Below are positions 59,872 to 64,000 of a stretch of DNA of 64,000 bases, one piece after another. Source of the stretch: Bacteroidales bacterium (lineage in GTDB: Bacteria; Bacteroidota; Bacteroidia; Bacteroidales; UBA12077). The number at the start of each line of letters is the position of its first letter. The first letter of the stretch is position 1. Position numbers and translations under genes: made by a program. The notes under the pieces were generated by a model. That model saw only the letters and a list, made by a program, of their open reading frames with translations. It was not told the DNA's origin and searched no databases. The DNA lies in assembly GCA_030611105.1 (NCBI GenBank), contig JAUWQL010000004.1, forward strand, positions 867 to 64,866. Reading direction: 5' to 3'.

Positions 59872-60684
59872 ATGATCAGGTATTTTATACATATAGCTTA
59901 TAACGGAACAAATTATCGGGGTTGGCAAAGACAACGTAATGTGCTCTCTATTCAAGAGATCTTTGAAAATAAGCTGGAGCAAGTTTTTAAATATAAAATA
60001 CCCTGCCTTGGATGTGGCAGAACTGATGCGGGAGTACATGCATCTCAATATTTTTTCCATATCGATTTGAAAAACGATTTGCAACCTGACTTAAAATTTA
60101 TATTAAATAAAATGTTGCCAAAAGATATTTCTGTTTTTGATATAATAAGAATGGAAGGGGAGCCTCATGCACAATTTGATGCCACAGAACGAACTTATGA
60201 CTATTTTATTCATACAACAAAAGATCCATTTATTGCTGATTTAAGCTCGTTTTATTTATTGGAAAATATCGATTTAAATAAAATAAAGAAAGCTATTCTA
60301 ATAATTCCAAATTACACTGATTTTCGAGCTTTTTGTAAAACTCCGGACAGACATAACAACACAATTTGCAATGTTAAATCAGTAAAGTTTTTTTATAACC
60401 AAAATAAAAATCGTTTACGTTTTCAGTTTACTTCTAATAAATTCCTAAAAAGTATGATTAGGATTATTGTTTACAAACTTCTTGAAATTGGAACGGGAAA
60501 ATTAAGCGTCGAAGAATTTGAGTACTTTTTAAAAAGCAAAGAGATACCACGATTCAACGATCTTGCTTATCCACAAGGACTTTATCTTTCAAAGATTACT
60601 TATCCATTCATAAATATTGTACCAAGGACCGAAATGTTTACAATATTTCAAAGCGGAAAAGAGAGTTTTTGGCAGGAAGTATAA
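59872..60684 (+). CDS. truA: tRNA pseudouridine(38-40) synthase
   Basis: AYNGTNYRGWQRQ, GCGRTDAGVHA, FLKSMIR, PQGLYL. Confidence 0.92.
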   Translation: MIRYFIHIAYNGTNYRGWQRQRNVLSIQEIFENKLEQVFKYKIPCLGCGRTDAGVHASQYFFHIDLKNDLQPDLKFILNKMLPKDISVFDIIRMEGEPHAQFDATERTYDYFIHTTKDPFIADLSSFYLLENIDLNKIKKAILIIPNYTDFRAFCKTPDRHNNTICNVKSVKFFYNQNKNRLRFQFTSNKFLKSMIRIIVYKLLEIGTGKLSVEEFEYFLKSKEIPRFNDLAYPQGLYLSKITYPFINIVPRTEMFTIFQSGKESFWQEV

Positions 60685-60763
60685 TTTTATTAGGTTTGTT
60701 TATTATTGGAGCAATAAGTCTTCTTTGGGCAAATAAAAGAAATTTTCCGAATAAGTAATTTAT

Positions 60764-61525
60764 ATGACTAAATATCAACCTGAACCATATTGGTCGGAAG
60801 TAGCAAAAAGAATAAAATCACGAAAAGGGGAAAATATTATTGCAGGTGATGATGAACCTTTTTACAGATATAAGCGCAAGAAATTTCTTTCAATGCTTAA
60901 TTCTGTAAATTTTAAAGACAAAAGTGTTCTTGAGATAGGATGTGGACCAGGAGGAAATTTGCAAGAGATATGGAAGAAGTCACCTTTGAGATTAGCAGGA
61001 GCTGATATTTCTGCCGAAATGATTGAGCTTTCAAGAGATAAATTGCCCCGGGAAATAGAATTGATAAAGATTGATGGTACCAGTCTTCCTTTTAAAGATC
61101 AGGAATTTGGATATGTATTTACTGCAACGGTATTACAACATAATACAAATGAGGAAATGTTGAAAAAAATCATGGCTGAATTATGCAGAGTTGCTGGTGA
61201 TAAAGTTTTTCTTTTTGAACGGATAGAAAAAAAGATAAAAGGAGACGAATTGTGTTATGGCAGACCCATTAGTTATTATGAGCAAATTTGTAATTCACAT
61301 GGTTTTGAATTGATTAACAAAGAGTTTATTAATATCCGTATAAGTTATTATATTTCAGGAATAATAAGGAAAGTATTTAGCCCTAAAACAAGACAAGAAG
61401 GGGAGCCTTTAAGTAGAACTGCAATTTTATTACAAAATATTACTCTTCCTATAACAAAGCAACTTGATAAACTATTTACGTCCAGAAAGGATGTTGCTAA
61501 ATTGGAATTCAAACGCAAAAACTAA
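60764..61525 (+). CDS. Class I SAM-dependent methyltransferase
   Basis: VLEIGCGPG, GADIS, LPFKDQEF, VLQH. Confidence 0.85.
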   Translation: MTKYQPEPYWSEVAKRIKSRKGENIIAGDDEPFYRYKRKKFLSMLNSVNFKDKSVLEIGCGPGGNLQEIWKKSPLRLAGADISAEMIELSRDKLPREIELIKIDGTSLPFKDQEFGYVFTATVLQHNTNEEMLKKIMAELCRVAGDKVFLFERIEKKIKGDELCYGRPISYYEQICNSHGFELINKEFINIRISYYISGIIRKVFSPKTRQEGEPLSRTAILLQNITLPITKQLDKLFTSRKDVAKLEFKRKN

Positions 61526-61551
61526 TCTGTTTTATATTGAGTTAATTAGTT

Positions 61552-63267
61552 TTATCTAACCTTTAATTTATCACCGGTTGTTTCTATGATATTTTTATAA
61601 TATTCTTCAGAGTATCCTGGTTGTTCTATCCCGGGTGTGGAGAACTCTTTATCAAACAATCGTCTGACATAATTGGAGCTATCACCCTGGTGTTTTTTAA
61701 TGTTTCCATCGGAGAAAGTAACTAAAAGTTGATTTCCAAAATTATACCATGTATTAAATGTTTGAGTTGATTTTTTAATTGAGAATTTGCTAACTAATTC
61801 TATGGCTTCATTAGGATTTGTTTTGTAAAGTTCATCGGCTTTTTTGTCCATGGTATTTACTTCTTCCATATAACTTAATTCCAGTTCATCTTGCTTAGCT
61901 TTAATCGTTGGCATTACTCTGTCCATAATAGCATAAGCAAAATTTGAAACCCGGTTAAATAACCAGAATGCAGAAGTTTCGCTGTAATTCATTATATCTC
62001 CATTCCCCATTTTGAAATTTTCAGGTGCTTTTTGTAATCCGGCATATAGAGGAGTGTAAACAGTTAAATAAGTGTCATCTACTCCAAACCAACAAATACC
62101 ACCAATAGGATCAGGTAAATGTGAGCGAGATTGTGTTACAATAGAGTATGCAGTTTGTTGTGTCGATATTGCTCTTTCATTAAAATATTGCTGGTCATCT
62201 ACTTTCCAGTATAATGGCCGCCAACGAACCGTACAACCAAAAGAGCCGGCACCAACATCTTTTGTCATATCCATTGGTGTGTTCTGGTAATAATCGCGCA
62301 TCATATTCATAACATCTCGCACTCCCAGTTTTCTGTCAGGTTTTATATATAAAGGAAACCTATTTTCCAGGTTTTCACCCATTGCATAATCCAGGTATTT
62401 GTCCATACCACTTGCTACTTTATTAAAACCTGCATAAACTCGTGCTTCGCAAAATCGTGTAGCACCAAAACTTATTGGATTGTACGCAGCAGCAAAACTA
62501 AATTCTTCATGTTTTACATTGTCATTAATAAATCCCATTTCTTTTGCGAAAGTGATAACATCTTTATCATATATGCAATCAAGTTCTGGTAAATACAAGT
62601 ATTTATCGTTGTTTATGTATTTTGTTGATATAGAATTCTTTTTATTTTCTTTAGGGAAATTAGTAATCCTGGCATGGTTTGCATGACCTGATATAAATCC
62701 GTCAGGAATTTTTTGTGCTACCCAAACAGCTCCTTTTTTACCATGATCTTTACTTATCAGTTCTAAAATCCAAACTTCATTTTTATCTGCGATTGTGAAC
62801 GATTCACCTGAACTTGCATAACCATAGTTTGAGACTAAAAAATGGAATGTTCGTATGGCTTCGCGAGCATTGCTTGCACGTTGTAAGCTTAGCCAAATTA
62901 AACTACCAACATCAATTATTGCGGTACTGTCAACACATTCGGATCTGCCACCCCATGTCGATTCGCTGATAACTACCTGATGTTCGTTCATATTGCCAAT
63001 TACCCGGTATGTATGACTTACTTGAGGAATGGCACCTAATTTTTTACCTGTTATCCAATCAATTATTTCTACCTGAGTATTTGCAGCATGGTCTTTTGCT
63101 GCCCAAAAATAGAGTGCTCCATAAATATCATGCGAATCACATGCATAAGATGTTATTACTGAGCCATCGGCAGAAGCACCTTTTGTTACCATGAAGTTGG
63201 TGCAAGCATAGCTATTTTGTATAAAAAGGAAAAGAACAAAAGATAAAAAAAAGATAATATTTTTCAT
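61552..63267 (-). CDS. C69 family dipeptidase
   Basis: Signal peptide ending at A-CTNF (Ntn Cys), NMNEHQV.ISESTWGG, HANHARI, ERAISTQQT. Confidence 0.9.
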   Translation of the reverse strand: MKNIIFFLSFVLFLFIQNSYACTNFMVTKGASADGSVITSYACDSHDIYGALYFWAAKDHAANTQVEIIDWITGKKLGAIPQVSHTYRVIGNMNEHQVVISESTWGGRSECVDSTAIIDVGSLIWLSLQRASNAREAIRTFHFLVSNYGYASSGESFTIADKNEVWILELISKDHGKKGAVWVAQKIPDGFISGHANHARITNFPKENKKNSISTKYINNDKYLYLPELDCIYDKDVITFAKEMGFINDNVKHEEFSFAAAYNPISFGATRFCEARVYAGFNKVASGMDKYLDYAMGENLENRFPLYIKPDRKLGVRDVMNMMRDYYQNTPMDMTKDVGAGSFGCTVRWRPLYWKVDDQQYFNERAISTQQTAYSIVTQSRSHLPDPIGGICWFGVDDTYLTVYTPLYAGLQKAPENFKMGNGDIMNYSETSAFWLFNRVSNFAYAIMDRVMPTIKAKQDELELSYMEEVNTMDKKADELYKTNPNEAIELVSKFSIKKSTQTFNTWYNFGNQLLVTFSDGNIKKHQGDSSNYVRRLFDKEFSTPGIEQPGYSEEYYKNIIETTGDKLKVR

Positions 63268-63390
63268 AATTATATTTTTATTTTTTTGAATGGGGAAAAT
63301 ATTAAAAATATCAGTAAATAAAAAGATTTTTATGATTAATATAAAATACTAACAGGATTGAAATAATGTGGTACTACATTTATACTATGA

Positions 63391-63999
63391 CTACTCTTTT
63401 ACGGGGAAAATTTTAATTTCGGAAATACAGGTATCATCCCATTTGGATCCTTTGTATACATCACGGATCGTAAATTTGATTTTGTTCATAAAAATTGGTT
63501 TATCGAATTCTATATATTGCATATCTATGGTATCTTTTAGAGTATATAACTGGTAATGAGTTTCATTAAATTCGTTATCACATTTCAATAAGAGTTTTTT
63601 TACCCGATTATTTTCTTTAAAAGTAATATAATCTTTTGCGTATCCGTTTATGATACCTATTTTTTTGATTTTATAAGATCCTTTTAAATAATCATCCTCG
63701 CCAATTTCCATATACGGCGACATGTTTATTGTAATAAATTCATTTTTACCGTAATCTTCTTTGCCTTCAACCCAGGCTGTTTCCGGTCGTTCATCTATAA
63801 TATTTTTTACCGAATATCGACCGTTTTTATCTTCCAGTTCGGAACTGGCAGAAAGCCCAACAAACAATTCTGGTTTGTCAATTACAATGTCAAAATCAGG
63901 TTCAATATCAGTATAAATCGTTGAAGTTGGTAAGTTCCAACCTTTAGCATTAGTATAAGTTTTTAGTTTCAATTGTCCATTGTCTTCATATATTTCATG
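63391..63999 (-). CDS. Protein with C-terminal discoidin/NADase-type glycan-binding domain (5' end outside the window)
   Basis: ASSEL...Y.VKNIID...TAWVEG..G.NE, INGYAK, NNRVK, VYKGSKWDDTCISEI; frame is open to the window edge. Confidence 0.75.
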   Translation of the reverse strand, partial: HEIYEDNGQLKLKTYTNAKGWNLPTSTIYTDIEPDFDIVIDKPELFVGLSASSELEDKNGRYSVKNIIDERPETAWVEGKEDYGKNEFITINMSPYMEIGEDDYLKGSYKIKKIGIINGYAKDYITFKENNRVKKLLLKCDNEFNETHYQLYTLKDTIDMQYIEFDKPIFMNKIKFTIRDVYKGSKWDDTCISEIKIFPVKE

Positions 64000-64000
64000 G

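Noticed and set aside
1-64000. An autonomous mobiliser (transposase, integrase, RT, HUH or GIY-YIG nuclease) for the repeats
   Set aside because: No ORF in the window shows such motifs; if one exists it must be encoded elsewhere

Overview
AT-rich chromosomal segment from a Bacteroidota organism, probably an anaerobic or microaerobic Bacteroidales. This rests on TAnnTTTG promoters, PorV/T9SS substrates, a glutaminyl cyclase, the rsfS-ftsH-cdsA-psd operon, cydAB with DUF4492, and hydF. Most of the window is housekeeping or metabolic: hipBA, birA, the ftsH operon, cydAB plus an unannotated small subunit, DAHP synthase-chorismate mutase, purS, pssA, aspA-like, NtrX-like, ppx, an ABC exporter, GntR-GH127-galM-SSS-galK, SDR/ALDH, dcp, truA and a C69 peptidase. 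An AT-rich accessory block of about 12.5 kb (ATPase, LTA-synthase family, GT2/GT-C glycosylation genes, GH16, a frameshifted S74/T9SS gene) separates aspA from hydF. The most striking signal is a family of tiny 20/21-nt hairpin elements: a 4-nt CCTR tail, a 6-bp covarying stem and a GGCA loop. I count 10 units at 6 loci. They show no target duplication and repeatedly nest into each other's loop at the same base. They are 21 nt and frame-preserving inside proteins (FtsH, a DMT transporter, a lipoprotein) and 20 nt elsewhere. Also present are a 161-bp TAA-flanked MITE in the cyd operon, a decayed duplicate of the hydF 5' end, and several other REP-like intergenic repeat families. I recognised no rRNA, tRNA, CRISPR array, transposase, integrase or reverse transcriptase.
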